From positions 65,273,743-65,337,742 of the forward strand of contig NC_090394.1 of assembly GCF_036365525.1 (NCBI RefSeq): a DNA stretch of 64,000 nucleotides, written 5' to 3'. Origin of the DNA: Heterodontus francisci (taxonomy: Eukaryota). This document shows positions 50,340 through 61,656 of this stretch, one piece after another. The notes beneath the pieces are model-generated. The model saw only the letters and a list, made by a program, of their open reading frames with translations, was not told the origin of the DNA and made no database searches. Each line of letters starts with the position of its first letter. Position 1 is the first letter of the stretch. Position numbers and translations under genes: made by a program.

Positions 50340-50840
50340 AAACCTTGGTTATTCTTCTTATCTCCGTACCTAAGGAAAGATATGCTTGCATTAGATGTAA
50401 CATTTTCCAGATAGATTCCTGGAATGAGAAAGCTGTCCTATGAGAAGAGATTGAGTAGAATGGGCCTATATGCTCTGAAGTTTAAAGGAATGCGAGGTGG
50501 TGTCATTGAAACATAGCGTCTTAGTGGATTGATGGGGTAGCTGCTGAGTGGCTGTTTTACCTGGCAGAAGTGTCTAGAGGGCATATTTAGAACTGAGATG
50601 TGGAGACATTGCTTCACTCAGAGGGCTGTGAATCTTTGGAATTCTCTACCCCAGAGGGCTGTGGATGCTCAGTCATTGAGTATGTTTAAAGCAGAGATTG
50701 ACAGATTTTTGGGCGCTACAGGAATCAAGGGATAAGGGGACAGGGCAGGAAAGTGGAGTGATGGTAGATAATCAGCCATGACCTTACTGAATGACGGAGC
50801 AGGCTCATGGGGCAGTATGGCCTACTCCTGCTCCTATTTT
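50340..50840 (+). mobile_element. CR1 LINE, degenerate 3' fragment
   Basis: LSYEKRLSRMGLY..., FTQRAVNLWNSLPQRAV-like sequence and the 3' UTR. Confidence 0.8.
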
Positions 50841-51528
50841 TCATAATATCACATGGTGGCAAGATGTCTGACAGCAGTAGCAATGAAAATGAAAAGTGTT
50901 TCAGGAATCAGTTATTTTCATGGGAGAAATGCTGAAAAATAATGAAAGGTTCTGGCTCTGAAAAATGGGTCACCAAAAACCAGCCTGACTGCTACAGTTT
51001 GGGATGTCATTTGAAGGCAGCAGAAATATGTAGTAGGTTGGTGAGGGGGGGGGGGGGGGGGAAGGGGGGGGTGGGGGGGTGGGGAGGGGCGTAGGGGGTA
51101 TGAAATTGAGACGTAGTGAAATAATCTGAAGTGGAAAAAAGTTCCAACAGTGGAACAAGATTTGATGGGTCAAAATTCAGTCAAAGGCCAAAGGTGAGAA
51201 GTATACCCAAAATGGCTGGTGGTTTTGGCCTCTGGAATATACTGTTTGCTCAAACTCTCCCTTATTCTATTTGATACAAAACATTTAAGTAAACCAAAGG
51301 TCTGCATATTGAAACAGAGCAAGTGATTATTCAAAGGAAAGGGTGTTGCTTTCTAGAGAGGAGGAGCTGAAAGGTTTGAATAGATTAGCCCAAAGCAGGC
51401 ATAGCTCATCCCTGCCATCTTTATCAAAACTACTGGTTGTAATTATTTTGCATCACAAAATAATGATAAAAGGGTTGAATTGCAGATTTTTTTTTTGTTT
51501 TAGTACATGTATGAAAGAGTGTGTGTGT

Positions 51529-52433
51529 TGTTACAACCAGGTGAGAAAGGGGTCTAGGGCTTCCCTCTCCGCCTTTGCCTGGTTTAACCGTAACAGGGTT
51601 TAATTTTTAAAACACCATGTTTTTAGCTCCCCCTCAGTGAATTCTTGTTCACTGCTCTCCAATTGTAAGGCAAAGAAATCAACCAGACAGGTTTTCTTAG
51701 ATTTAAACAAGAAAGATGGAAGTTTATTAACCTTAAAACTCTAATTTGGTTAAAACGACTATGAATACATGACGCGACCACGCTAGCATGCATACGCAAT
51801 AAACACACACGCAGATAGAGACAGAAAAGTAGAAAGAATAAAGGGGAAATGTTTGAAGCAATAGCTGGGGTTTATTTACTGTCCTTTGAGTTCGATGTAA
51901 AGTCTTTGATTGCAGGTAAATCTTCCCGTTTTGTAAGGGACCAGTGGACGCTTTCAAACTTATTTTGATGTGGGAGTCCTTTCGCTCTTGCGGTTTAAGT
52001 GACTTCAGTAGATCCAGAGATTCATGTGAGAGAGAGAGAGCTAGCCAGGAGAGAGGCTTGATTCTGCCAACTCCAGTTGCAATCTGACCCAAAACTGTTG
52101 TGAGTGTTCAAACAAAACCTGGACCAGCAGGTTAGTCATGTGACTAGCTGTTTTAACAAACTCCTGCATTTGTGGATTCTCCAGCTTAGCAGATACCATG
52201 GAATGCTGGCTTTCTTACACATGCAACATCTGGTGATCAAAATCCATTTAGGTTAATTGGATCAGGGAGCCGTTCTATTGTCTCCAGGCACTGTCTCTTA
52301 GTATGCAAATGTTTTCCAGTGACTGCTGATCTCTTTAAACAAGTAATTTCTTCATTCCAGCAACAGTTTAAAATTAATGTTCATATGACAAAATTAATAT
52401 GCCTCATTCTTGGCAGGTTGGGTCTTCATGACA
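51529..52433 (-). mobile_element. Solo LTR (Gypsy/ERV type), 905 bp
   Basis: TGTTAC...ATGACA termini, 4-bp TSD GTGT (51525-51528, 52434-52437), minus-strand AATAAA at 51723-51728. Confidence 0.75.
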
Positions 52434-53084
52434 GTGTGTGTGACCATTAAGATAAATCAACAATGGAAAATAGTCATTTGGTCTTTATTGTTTTGCCCCT
52501 AAATGTAGTGATTTTTTTTTTTGTTTCCTAAACTACAAAGTTATTAAGCAAAAGAGACACCACAAAAATCAACAACAATAAAATTAGATAAATGGGAGAC
52601 AATTGTAATGGGAAAATGACACAATTGCAAAATAGTGCGTAAAATGTTATTAATTAATTTCCCTGTGGATAAATCGAATGTACAAGTCATTAAACATTGT
52701 GTTAATCTTATCTATAACCTGATGTCTTTGCACAGAAATTCAGAAGCCAAATACAATACAGAAGCACAAATGAACACACCAGTAATAAAACAATCCTGCG
52801 AATCATTTGAACGCACCAGAAAAAGCCAGCAAGGCTGACCAAGGGTTGATTAAACAGTTACAAAGTCAATATAGAGCATGTTAGTCAGTGTACATTCAGG
52901 GCACTGGCAGTAATTCCAGCTGAAGACGATTGCCAAAACAAACTTCAGATGGCAAACAAAGGAACAATGAGTTTCTGAAAATCTAGGAGTGTAGTTGTTT
53001 CCTTCATTAAATATAATGGGTACAAAAAAAAATCATGTGACAGAGTAGCCCAGGACTCCTGTCGAACAATAAAATCTTGCTCTG

Positions 53085-53768
53085 GGGCTGTATTTTCAAA
53101 GGGCCGTGAGGTCGGGACTTGGTGTGGTCGCTATTTGAAAATTGCTGTCCCGGAGGTCGTCTCGGAACCTTGACGCTCCTGGGACAGTCTGCAATTTTCA
53201 ACGTGAGGGCGGTGGTGGGAGGGAATGGGGAATGCACTCACCTCCAATTAAGGGCCCATTAAGCTCATGGAAGAGCTAATTATAGGAATGGGGTGTGGTC
53301 TGCACTGATATTTCCCATGCTGATTCCGATGAGCCCGACCAGTCTGGTGCGCAATAATGCGCAGCCGTCAGGCTCACAGTGGGCAGAGGGCAAACTTTAT
53401 TGTTGGAAGATGGAATGTTTTGGGCCCAGGGGGACCTTGCTGCGGGCCAATCACAGGACATTTTATTTTGGAAGTGCTGCCTCACCTCTTTATTCCACTA
53501 GCCCTTCATGGAGCTGCCTGCTCTCTTTGGCAAGGCAGCAGCAGGCTCCATCATGGCTGCTGTCTGCCTTTGCCGCTCGCACTCCGCAGGCAGCTCCCAC
53601 CTCCTCCAGATGCTCAGCACCACTAATTGGATGCCGAGCTCGCCTCCTGCCCAATTAGGGCATTAACATTTAAGATTGCGTCCTATTAGGGATGCAGCTC
53701 AGATGCTGGGTGGGACCTGGAAATCATCTGGGCATTGGGTTCCGGACCCCGTTTTGAAAATTCAGCCC
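53085..53768. mobile_element. PIF/Harbinger-type MITE
   Basis: Terminal inverted repeats (TIRs) GGGCTGTATTTTCAAA / TTTGAAAATTCAGCCC, 3-bp TSD CTG. Confidence 0.75.
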
Positions 53769-54886
53769 CTGGGGGTCAGTTATTGTTTCTCAATTTTATG
53801 TACAATATGACTATGAGACTTGTATTTGTTTTTGTTTCTTGACTTCTGAAAATATAGCATTGCTAGATCATGTCAGTAGCTCAGTTGACAGCACTAATAT
53901 CTCCAAGTCAGAAAGTTCTGTCTTCAAATCCCACTCCAGGACCTGAGCACTTTTGGAGATGCTGTCTTTCGGATGTGACATTAAATTGAGGCCCTGTTTG
54001 CCCTCTCAGTTGCACACAGCACAGACCCCTCAGCATTATTACAAAGAAAAGCACATGGTTCTCTCAATGCCCTTTGTTTTTAATGTGGTCCAAAGTCTAA
54101 AACACAAAACCTCTCTCAAGTGGTGTTGTCAGTGTTTGCACCCTGGAGGGACATCTCCACTTATGAATGCCTCAGGATGACTTTGAATGTCCCGCTAACA
54201 AGGAAGATCTGGATAATCTACTCAGTTAGCCAAAGCATTGTTCTGGCTGGGCTTCTTGATCGACTTCTGTTTCCGGTTGGGGCCTTGTAATGTGCAAAGG
54301 TTTTTCAGATGCAAATTGCAGTGGCCATTCGTGGCTGCCAGTTTTTAAAAAGTTAACTGTAGGATTTTTCCATTACAAATCTAATGTAAGTTTCTAACCG
54401 ATGAATTAATATTTCTCATTTGGCATATTGTGTTTTCCTGACAGTGAACACAACTCCAATTCCATATTTACCAACAGTCCCACACCTTGCTTTGCCTCTC
54501 TTGCTGACCATCACAGTGTCCTTTTCGCCACAATACTGAAATAAAGACCACCACAAAAAAAAGTCCATATCAACTTTATCAAGCAAATCATCCAATATTC
54601 CATAAAAAAGTCAAATAATCATCCTTGTGTGTTCCCTTAGTGCCTGTCTTCTGTGTGCCTTTGCCTGGCCAAGCCCAGTGGCTGCAGCATGGCTGGTGGA
54701 AGGCTGCTGACTATCACTGGGGGGGAGACTGCAGGAAGCCTTGTGGGATGACCTCAAGCAACTCTGGGCCAAGAAGACCCAGGTTTGGACTGCACCAGCT
54801 TGATATGGGTGACATTAAACTGGAATGGCTGGCTGACAGTTAATAGCAAGGACACTGGTGGAGTGGCAGTGGTGGGGGGACAAATA

Positions 54887-55684
54887 GGGCTGAATTTTAT
54901 GCTGCCCCAGTGGGTTGGATGGTGGTGTGGGGGAGGATGGGGGTGGCGTAAAATTGAGTGGGAGGCTCCAGAAGGCCTACCCGTCCCACTCTCACCTCCA
55001 GTCAACTTTACGGCGGTCTGGCAGGGGAGGGGGGAAACGGTCCACCCGCCCAAGACCAATCAAGGCCCTTAAGTAGCCACTTAAGGGCCTTTGCCTGCCT
55101 CCATGTGTATTTTACATAAGAACATAACATAAGAAATAGGAGCAAAAGTAGGCCATTCAGCCCCTCAATCCTGCTCCACCATTCAATAAGATCATGGCTG
55201 ATCTGTCCCAGGCCTCAACTCCTCATTCGGGCCTGCTCCGCATAACCCTCGACTCCCCAAACTACCCAACTACCTGTGGAAAGCGGGTGTGCTGGGGACA
55301 TGAAGGGCTGCCCGGCAATAGCTGCCGGCCTTTCTGTGTGCTGGGGCCGGGGGCCATGGCAGTCGGGCACAGAGTGCCCAATTGAGGGCCACCACTGCCT
55401 CCCAACTCACTCCCAGGACCCAAGATGCACCCCCTCCCCACAAACGACCACTCTAGCCTCACCAGGGCATGACTGATCATCACTGGTAACGCATGCTCAA
55501 TGTACCTGAGGTCCTGGCTCCATGTTGTTGGCTGGGCTGCAGTCCCAGCAGTGGCCACCGCTCCCTGTGGCGCTGCTGGGACTAAGAGCTGCTGGCCCGG
55601 ATCCCCAGGCTAGGCGGAAGGGGGTTCGCCACTGACTTTTACATCAATGGCGAATTCCCATCCGCCTAAGGTAAAATCCAGCCC
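54887..55684. mobile_element. PIF/Harbinger-type MITE carrying a CR1 3'-tail insertion (~55115-55260)
   Basis: TIRs GGGCTGAATTTTA / TAAAATCCAGCCC, 3-bp TSD ATA. A related truncated copy at ~57734-58170 shares gtaaaattgagtgggagg and cccttaagt. Confidence 0.75.
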
Positions 55685-57014
55685 ATACTGTCATCTTGAG
55701 AGATGACAGCAGGTTTGTGCTCCACAGAGCCACTGCCACTCCCCTGGGGTGACAACACAGCAATCCTAATCATATGTTGGAGGACTAATTGCTGGACTGT
55801 TGTGTCACCCTCAAATATCCACAGCCATTGCGGCAGCTCTGCATGCAGGTCCTCAAGGTGACACAGCTGGTATTGACTTGCACAGCTATCTGTTTCCATT
55901 GCCTTCTCAGAGTTTGTCGAGGATCTCCTGGTTCCCTGCACAGATGGAGTACCTCTCACCTCCTGTCCACTTCCTGCATCTAGACCTCCAGTTCTGCATG
56001 CCAGAGATCCTTGGAGCCTGCTCCCAGCCATGTGGTGTCATTGCTGTCACTTTCCCACGTCAAACTGACTTCTAGAATGACTTCCAGCACCTGCTCCAAC
56101 CAAAATGTCCCTCCCCCTTAAGGGGTGCAGTCCAGCTTGAGCTTGTGCCAGCCCCTTCTGATTTTGTACCCCCCTGCTCAGGCATGCAGTCACTCAACGG
56201 CATGCTTTGCACTGACTGCACGCTGCAGTCATTTAAATGAGCAGGCAGCACAAATTCTGTAAGCTATCTGCTTCAGAAGCAACAGGCGTGGGTTAATCAC
56301 GCATCGTGATCCCTGAGCCAATTTTCGTGCCTTAACAAATTTTGCCTCCCTGATGTTTTAAAACTTTGAAATTGAGAAGAGAATTTTTTCAAATATTGTT
56401 ATTTTTAATTGGCGAAAATTGTAATTTTTTGAAGACAAAGTTCTTGTAAAGTTTAATTATTCATTCATTTTAGATAACTTGTGTTCTGGGTATTGAAGGT
56501 TGCCCAGAGTAAGCATACTACTTCACTCCAGGGACCATGGCTTAAATCCATCCAAGACCAAGAGAGTGAAAGTCTCTTCACTTCCCTATCTTATGAATGC
56601 CATGTGAAATTTGTCCCGCTGGTTTCAACCCTTGGGTAATGTCTGAACTCTGGCTTCCTTGGGAAATGAGCCCTAGTGATCATTGCCCTGATGTCCTCCT
56701 CTGGATTTTGTGGAAAAGTAGAGCATGCACTTACTGTTCATGAATAGATAAATGCTTTTGAGGATTACTTGCAGTCTGTCATTTGGCTTTTGTATTTTGG
56801 TCCAGGGCAATTGGACATTTCTGCCTTAGCCCAATATGTTGGCTCTTTCCTTCATAACCTTCTGATGCAAAGTGATCTGTAGATTTTGGTCCTGTTAACA
56901 CAGGATGATTTTGTACTCCTTTCTTTGTCTGTCACCATTTGGGAATTGTTTATCCTGGTCGTCCTTTTCTTATGGCTTATGGCTTCAAATTTATGCATTC
57001 TAATAAAGAAAAGG

Positions 57015-57425
57015 AGCTTGCATATATATTCACAACCTCAAGGATGCCTCAAATCACAGTCATAGCAGGAAGTACAGATACAGTCACCATTGTAATGTAG
57101 AGAAATGCAGCAGCCAATTTGTGCATAGGAAGTTCCCACAAGCTGCAATGAAATAAATGCCGAGATCATCTTTTGGTTGAGGGGTTAAGTGTTGGCTTGG
57201 ACACCAGGAGGATTCCCCTGCTCTTCATCAAATTATACCATGGGCTATATCAACCCGAGAGGGCAGCAGGGCTTCAGTTTAACATCTTATCTGAAAGACT
57301 GCACCTACTGCAGTGCAGCACTCCCTCAGTATGCACTGAATTGCCAGACTAGATTGTATGCTGAAGTCTATGGAGTGGGTCTTGAACCCACAACCTTCTG
57401 ACTCAAGAGTGCTGCCACTGAGCCA
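57015..57425 (-). mobile_element. Deu-domain SINE (SacSINE1-like)
   Basis: Same architecture as the copy at 16955-17405. Confidence 0.65.
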
Positions 57426-58509
57426 AGGTTGATAAAATTGTTCTGAGAATCTTTAAATAAAGTAGGTAGGTTACAAAACTGTAGCCATTCCATTGGAATA
57501 GTTTGTGATGGATCTATCAGAGGACCAATATGGTGGCTGGCATGTTTCAGGATATTTTTGGGACATTTTTCCACAAGTGAATTTGCCAAACACTTGCATA
57601 TAAATGTTTGCCTTTTTAAAGTAAAATGTACCCTTACACTGAAATGAAAGATTGTTAAACTATTAACGAGCTATACATTGATGTTGTTTCCCCAAGGATG
57701 GAAAACAACAAACAACTCATTAGCCTGCCTCAGTGGCCGGATTTTTATGTCCCCCTCCCCACCGCCCCTCCCGCACTCCCCATGGGAGTGGGCTGGAGTC
57801 CGGGGAGGGCGGGGGTGTAAAATTGAGTGGGAGGCAGGGGGGTGGGTGGGGACACGGTTTCCATCACCTACCTGCCCCCACTGCAATTTTACCAGCGACA
57901 GGGGAGCTGGCAAATGGCCTGCCCACCCCAGGCCAATTAATGCCCTTAAGTGGCCAATTAATTGCCACTTAAAGGCCTCCTCCCGCTGCTGCTGGAATAT
58001 TACCAGAGGTGATTGGCCACTTTGCAACCTGGGGGAGGCTGCCCAGTTGAATCTGGCAGTCTCCTTGCAGGCTGGGAGATCCCCTCCTGACTGGGCATCC
58101 TGCGCCCCACGGAGGGCCCCCTCCCCACATGGCACAAGTGGCTTCCACTGGAACACCTCTTCCCGCACTGCCAAACATCAACCTATACAACAGTGTAACC
58201 CAAGGAAGAGAAAATGCAATCCCCTTGACGTAGATATTGGATATTATGAAGGCAATTTTCAGTTTGAGCACAAATTCGGGGTAATTTTGACTTTGTGTGA
58301 TACTGTGAAATAGGTAATAATTGTCAGCCCATTTTACATCTTGCCTGAATTTTATTTCCATTGACTTCAATGGAAATTGGGAAAGAGGTAAAATGGGCTG
58401 GTGATTTGCCAATGTTACATTATCAGCCAAAGTGATGAAGGGAAGGGCGTATTCTGGAATTATAGGGCTGATCTTGAACTGCATAAGGCTTTTTGATTTC
58501 ACACTCATA

Positions 58510-59670
58510 ATCAGAGGTTTGTCATTAATGGGAGTGGTTGTGTGTGGAGACCAGTTGCTAGGGGAGTCCCACAGGAAATTGTGGGACCGTTGCTCTTCAT
58601 AATCTTCGTTAATGATTTGGGTGAAGGCATTGGGAAGCTCTTCATAGGTTGTGCAAAATGTTAGAATCTTGGATGAGAAAAACAGCTACAATCAAATGTG
58701 GATGCAATGGGAGAATGGGTTCATATTCGGCAGACTTTATTCAATACAGATAAATGCAGTGTTATGCATGTGGGTCCGGCAAATGTCAAGCATTTGTATA
58801 CCATGCAGGATTTGAACTAAAGACGGCTGACTGAGTAAGAGACTTGGTATTATAGTACATGAACTGTTAAAGATTCATATCTAGTGCTCCAAAACTATAT
58901 CTAAGAACAAATAAAATATTAGGAGGCCTTGCTAGGACTATCCAATATAAAACAAAAAGCATTATGCCATCCTTGTATAAGACCTTGGTTGGACTTCATG
59001 TGGAATACTGTGTACAGAGTTGGTCCCCTCTAGAGTGGGTGATGTAGAGAACCTGAAAAAGAGAGGAGGGATACTAGATTGATGGTGAGTTTTAAAGGCC
59101 CTTAGTTACCATCATAGATTTATAGAGTTGAGTCCTTTAACTAAAGAAAAGTTTTTTTTAGGGATATTTGATTGAGTAATCCAAAATAATGAAGTGAGTA
59201 GACAGTGTCCATATGGATAGACTATTTGAATTGGTTAGGATACGAAGAACCAAGGGACATGTGTAGAAGTTACATAAACATGAATCTTAGGTTAGATGTC
59301 AAAAGGAATTTTTTCCTTTTTGGAAGGACTTTTGGAATACGCTACTGGGTCACTCAGTGATTGAGATCTGCTGCAAGTGTTCAAAAGGGAGCGGAACATG
59401 TTCCTGGCTCTGATTGATCATACAGCGTATAATAGGTAGTTGGGATGTTGGATGATGTGCCTTATTTTGATTGCCTTTGTGGGTTAGAAAATAATTTCCC
59501 AGATTTCTTTTCTTGAGTTGACTGGGAGTTCTTATCTATTGTTTTTGCCTTTCACAGAGGGTTTCATGGTTACTGGTAGCATTGAGGAACATGATGCTCA
59601 GTTGCACCCTGGCCATATGAGACAGATTCAGTGGACCAGCTGGTCTTTTTCCCTCCATCATTATCGTCTG
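58510..59670 (+). mobile_element. Ancient CR1 LINE remnant
   Basis: Heavily decayed GVPQ..GPLLFIIFVNDL, FNTDKCSVMHVG and LYKTLVGLHVEYCVQSW motifs. Confidence 0.75.
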
Positions 59671-59737
59671 TGCATATGTACTCAGTAAGTTAAAGGAATT
59701 AGCAACCAGTTCAAGGATATCCTAACAAGTGCCAACT

Positions 59738-59955
59738 TTTATTGGTTGTTGCAGCTTTAGACGGGCATGTCCAGGACTGCAATCGGTGTCTGTGCCTCGT
59801 AATTTGCAGTCTGTCCTTTCATTTGCAATTTGCTTTGAAAGTAATGGTGTAGTTACTGAGCTACAAATATCACTGTTCAAGCTTGTCAAAGATCATTAAG
59901 TTACACTGTACGCAGGCTCTGGTAACTTCTGCCTATGATTTGGGTGTAGACTTCC
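59738..59955 (-). CDS. Terminal exon of an unidentified gene (coding 59933-59955, then 3' UTR to AATAAA)
   Basis: Acceptor ctttctgtcatttgcag|GG AAG TCT ACA CCC AAA TCA TAG, phase-compatible with exon 60477-60581. AATAAA at 59738-59743. Confidence 0.5.
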
Positions 59956-60476
59956 CTGCAAATGACAGAAAGCAGTTAGGAAGTAGTTTATTTGCAGTCA
60001 CAAGTTCCCTTTGTTAATCATTCTAATCTTATATTTTATCTACCGAAAAGTATATTCTGAAACTTCCAATTTGCAGCTCACAGCAATCAGAAAATAACAG
60101 TCACCTGCTGCATGTGGATCGCTAAACTAATGTGTGTGTGTTTTTATTGTAAAAGAGAACAAAAGAAAATTATCTTCATTTATTGGATATTTAGACAGAA
60201 ACACAATTGGAAATTAAAAAAAAATCACAATATGCTGCAGACCATGAACTAACTTCTGTTTTATATAGGCAGGGTGTCTGATGTGTGGAAGCCCAATGTC
60301 ATGTTTAAGAGCTCCAATTCAAGATATTGAGGAATTTACTCTATCAAGTTTCTTTTTGGCTCATATGGAGTGTACGCGTCCTGCTTATCTGAGAGCTTCA
60401 ATGCAGGTTCTATGCTGACTCAACCTTAACCTCAGTTTGTTCCTGTACTTAAAGTGAAACCAAAGTGTTTACTTAC

Positions 60477-60581
60477 CTGGTGTTTTAGGTGCAATAGTAC
60501 TTTGACTGGCCCACTCCAGATTAGAGCTCAAAGGAGATGTATAATAATTAGGCATTGAAGAAATGGATGGGTTGAAATAAG
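60477..60581 (-). CDS. Penultimate exon of an unidentified gene (Ser/Pro/Tyr-rich)
   Basis: ttttcttttctag| 105 nt |gtaagt. Only the phase-1 frame is open: xYFNPSISSMPNYYTSPLSSNLEWASQSTIAPKTP-G. Confidence 0.55.
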
Positions 60582-61001
60582 CTAGAAAAGAAAATCCAGT
60601 TGAAATAAACAATTAAGTACACAGGTAAACTAAACTATGTTTCCCTTTCTGCCAAAATAAAGCATCTCAAAACCCTGTTTTTAACATTTTGTAAAATCGG
60701 GAGAGTGTCACACCCGGTGTTATATTTCAGGATTTTTTTTTCACAGCAAGGATTTGAAATAAGGTTATTTTTAATGTTTTTAAGCATTAAGTATTATCAC
60801 GTTTTAGGAAAAAGCACCTAGATAAAAAAATGATTATTATACTAAATGGAATTTGTTTTCCTATGGACAAAACAAGAAATTACTCATTAGCTAATCTAGA
60901 TAATTGAACAACATCTCACATCCATTGTGTTGGAAAGGTCTTTTCACCCTTGTCTACTTGTGAATAGAGAAATAGACAGAGGCTTTTTGAAACTGAAAGG
61001 T

Positions 61002-61656
61002 TGTAAGGTCAGCTAGACTTTTAAAGCAAAAGCTGCAAAAGCTGTCAGCAGGCTCTGAAAGTCAGAAAATGCTGACAGAACAGTTAAAAGACCTCTTCTT
61101 TAAGTCAAGAAAGATAACCCACTGACATGAGGAAATGTGGCATGTTGCTTTTTTTGTATCAGTATATGAAGGTAGATTCTATTGATAGTTAAGTGAATTT
61201 GAGAATTGTTCTGTTAGGGGAGACTGGCCTATTGGGATCATGGGATACTTGCCATAAAACTTAGGCCCCTGAAACTTGAGAAAAGCTTGTCTGTGAGACC
61301 CAGAGAACCACATGAATAATCTAATCAAGAGGTAGACGAGGTCAGGGGGAAGAAACAAGGAATCACATGAATAACCGAATCAAGAAGTTGACGAGGTGAA
61401 TAATATGATTAAGGAAGGATGAGATCATGGAAGACAGTAAGATGGGAAGATGATGTAATTAAAGAAACAGCTTGTCAGGTAAACCTCTTGTAACTGTATA
61501 AATTGACTGCTCAAACATTGTACTAGTAGAATCCCTATGATCATTCGTGAGAGTAGGACTTCTCCTTGCATGCTCGTAATAAAGATCACTCATTTGGACA
61601 AGTCATTCGACTCTCAAGGTGTTTTTGGGTATCGGGGCAAGCCCTCACCCCTTATA
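61002..61656 (+). mobile_element. 5' LTR of an endogenous retrovirus-like element
   Basis: TGTAAGG...CCTTATA inverted termini (one mismatch), tandem U3 repeats cacatgaataa..aatcaaga..gacgaggt (~61310 and ~61364), TATAAA ~61498, AATAAA ~61578, followed by PBS-like TTTGGCG. Confidence 0.75.

Noticed and set aside
52736-52838. Acceptor-preceded ORF as the last PTPDC1-like exon
   Set aside because: No convincing similarity in any frame.
56850-58303. Possible extra minus-strand exons (~58183-58303 and ~56850-56999) of the unidentified gene
   Set aside because: Not phase-compatible as coding continuations of exon 60477-60581, and a better terminal exon with stop and AATAAA lies at 59955.
53276-58508. 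Numerous 60-210 aa GC-rich ORFs
   Set aside because: They lie within MITEs and SINEs, overlap on both strands and show no protein motifs.
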